Shown here: one piece after another, positions 62,561 to 64,000 of the stretch
Layout: each line of letters opens with the position of its first letter
Numbering within the stretch: the first letter of the stretch is position 1
Source of the DNA: Octopus bimaculoides
Taxonomy: Eukaryota
Reading direction: 5' to 3'
Length of the DNA stretch: 64,000 nucleotides
Assembly (NCBI RefSeq): GCF_001194135.2
Contig: NC_068983.1
Location: forward strand, 108,702,453 to 108,766,452
The notes under the pieces: generated by a model
What the model saw: the letters and a program-made list of their open reading frames with translations, nothing else
What the model was told of the DNA's origin: nothing
Databases searched by the model: none
Translations under genes and position numbers: made by a program

Positions 62561-63039
62561 TTATAAATATAATTTGGAACACTGGATCTCAAAGCACATC
62601 ACATAAAGATAGAAATAATAGCATGTAGCTATCAGGTTGCAGAACACTTTTGGAAAGAAAAAGTTGAAGGTTGAAGGCTGCCTATAAGTCTCTAAACAAC
62701 ATCTGCTGCAGAGAGGGCAGGTATTCTACTATTGGAGTAAAGCAATCCTTCAAATTTAAGAAACGGTATTCTTACCAGCAAGAATTGTGTGCTGTTGATA
62801 TCATAAACATTTATAAACTTTCAAGAGAACATGAAAGGATTCTCTTTTGGAACATTGAATCTTGAAGTACATCATATAAAGTAAGGGAGAATGTAGGTTC
62901 AAGTTCAAGAAGAAGCCCTTGACCTTTTCTCTCCCAAAGGGTTTTTCAATTCAATATTTATAGCTTTATGCAATGTGCTTTGAGATTCAATGTTCCCCCC
63001 CAAAATATTTCACATTGTCTTAAGAGTTTATAAATTCTG

Positions 63040-63140
63040 ATGACATCAACAACACCCACACCCACACATATACAATCTATGTATGTATGTATGTATCTGC
63101 CTGTGTGTCTGTCTGTCTATCTATCTACACACACACACAC

Positions 63141-63210
<70 letters not shown>

Positions 63211-63734
63211 NNNNNNNNNNNNNNNNNNNNNNNNNNNNNNNNNNNNNNNNNNNNNNNNNNNNNNNNNNNNNNNNNNNNNNNNNNNNNNNNNNNNNNNNNN
63301 NNNNNNNNNNNNNNNNNNNNNNNNNNNNNNNNNNNNNNNNNNNNNNNNNNNNNNNNNNNNNNNNNNNNNNNNNNNNNNNNNNNNNNNNNNNNNNNNNNNN
63401 NNNNNNNNNNNNNNNNNNNNNNNNNNNNNNNNNNNNNNNNNNNNNNNNNNNNNNNNNNNNNNNNNNNNNNNNNNNNNNNNNNNNNNNNNNNNNNNNNNNN
63501 NNNNNNNNNNNNNNNNNNNNNNNNNNNNNNNNNNNNNNNNNNNNNNNNNNNNNNNNNNNNNNNNNNNNNNNNNNNNNNNNNNNNNNNNNNNNNNNNNNNN
63601 NNNNNNNNNNNNNNNNNNNNNNNNNNNNNNNNNNNNNNNNNNNNNNNNNNNNNNNNNNNNNNNNNNNNNNNNNNNNNNNNNNNNNNNNNNGAGAAGGAGA
63701 GAGAGAGAGAGAGAAGGAGAGAGAGAGAGAGAGA

Positions 63735-63769
<35 letters not shown>

Positions 63770-63790
63770 TCACACACAAAGAAAGGGAGA
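63040..63790. repeat. Microsatellite block (TATG/TCTG/CA/TA/GA) around a 480-N gap (63211-63690)
   Basis: Read directly. Other gaps: 2276-2328, 25443-25452, 38820-38957, 40377-40476, 41967-42002. Confidence 0.95.
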
Positions 63791-64000
63791 GGGGAAGATA
63801 GAGAAATTATAGCTATTTAAGAACACACAAGCACTTTTGTATTCAGTTTCCATTTAATTCTTGATGTGTCAAAGTTTACATTACTCTTCTATAAAGTGTG
63901 TTTGTTATATCTGTCTAATTAATGCACATGTAAAGACATTTAAAAATTCTTACTAAGTTGATGCATTTCTTGCAAGCATTCTGATGTTTGTTATTTTAGC

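Noticed and set aside
63040-63820. ORFs of 214-253 aa
   Set aside because: They run through microsatellites and a 480-N gap.

Overview
AT-rich eukaryotic DNA, dense in microsatellites and repeats, with six N gaps. The SINE families, RTE LINEs and R4/Dong elements point to a coleoid cephalopod, most likely Octopus (inference). I could not recognise any host protein-coding gene; most ORFs in the track are microsatellite artefacts or transposon debris. Mobile-element content: three tRNA-derived SINE families, RTE and RTE/RTEX-like LINE fragments (one ending in three C2H2 fingers), three R4/Dong fragments in (AAT)n tracts, and a Penelope-like GIY-YIG fragment. There is also a near-intact cecropia-type mariner, an irritans-type mariner fragment, a DD40D foldback element, hAT- and piggyBac-like MITEs, and a Helentron-type non-autonomous element. 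The main unannotated signal is about ten minimal type I hammerhead-ribozyme (HHR) motifs from several unrelated small repeats. One has a complete core and all stems paired (25274-25316), one has an intact core (23465-23523), and two sit in the arms of a head-to-head tRNA-SINE palindrome (8134-8693). Together these suggest a family set of Penelope-dependent, ribozyme-bearing non-autonomous retroelements. Coordinates were counted by hand; boundaries of degraded repeats are approximate.
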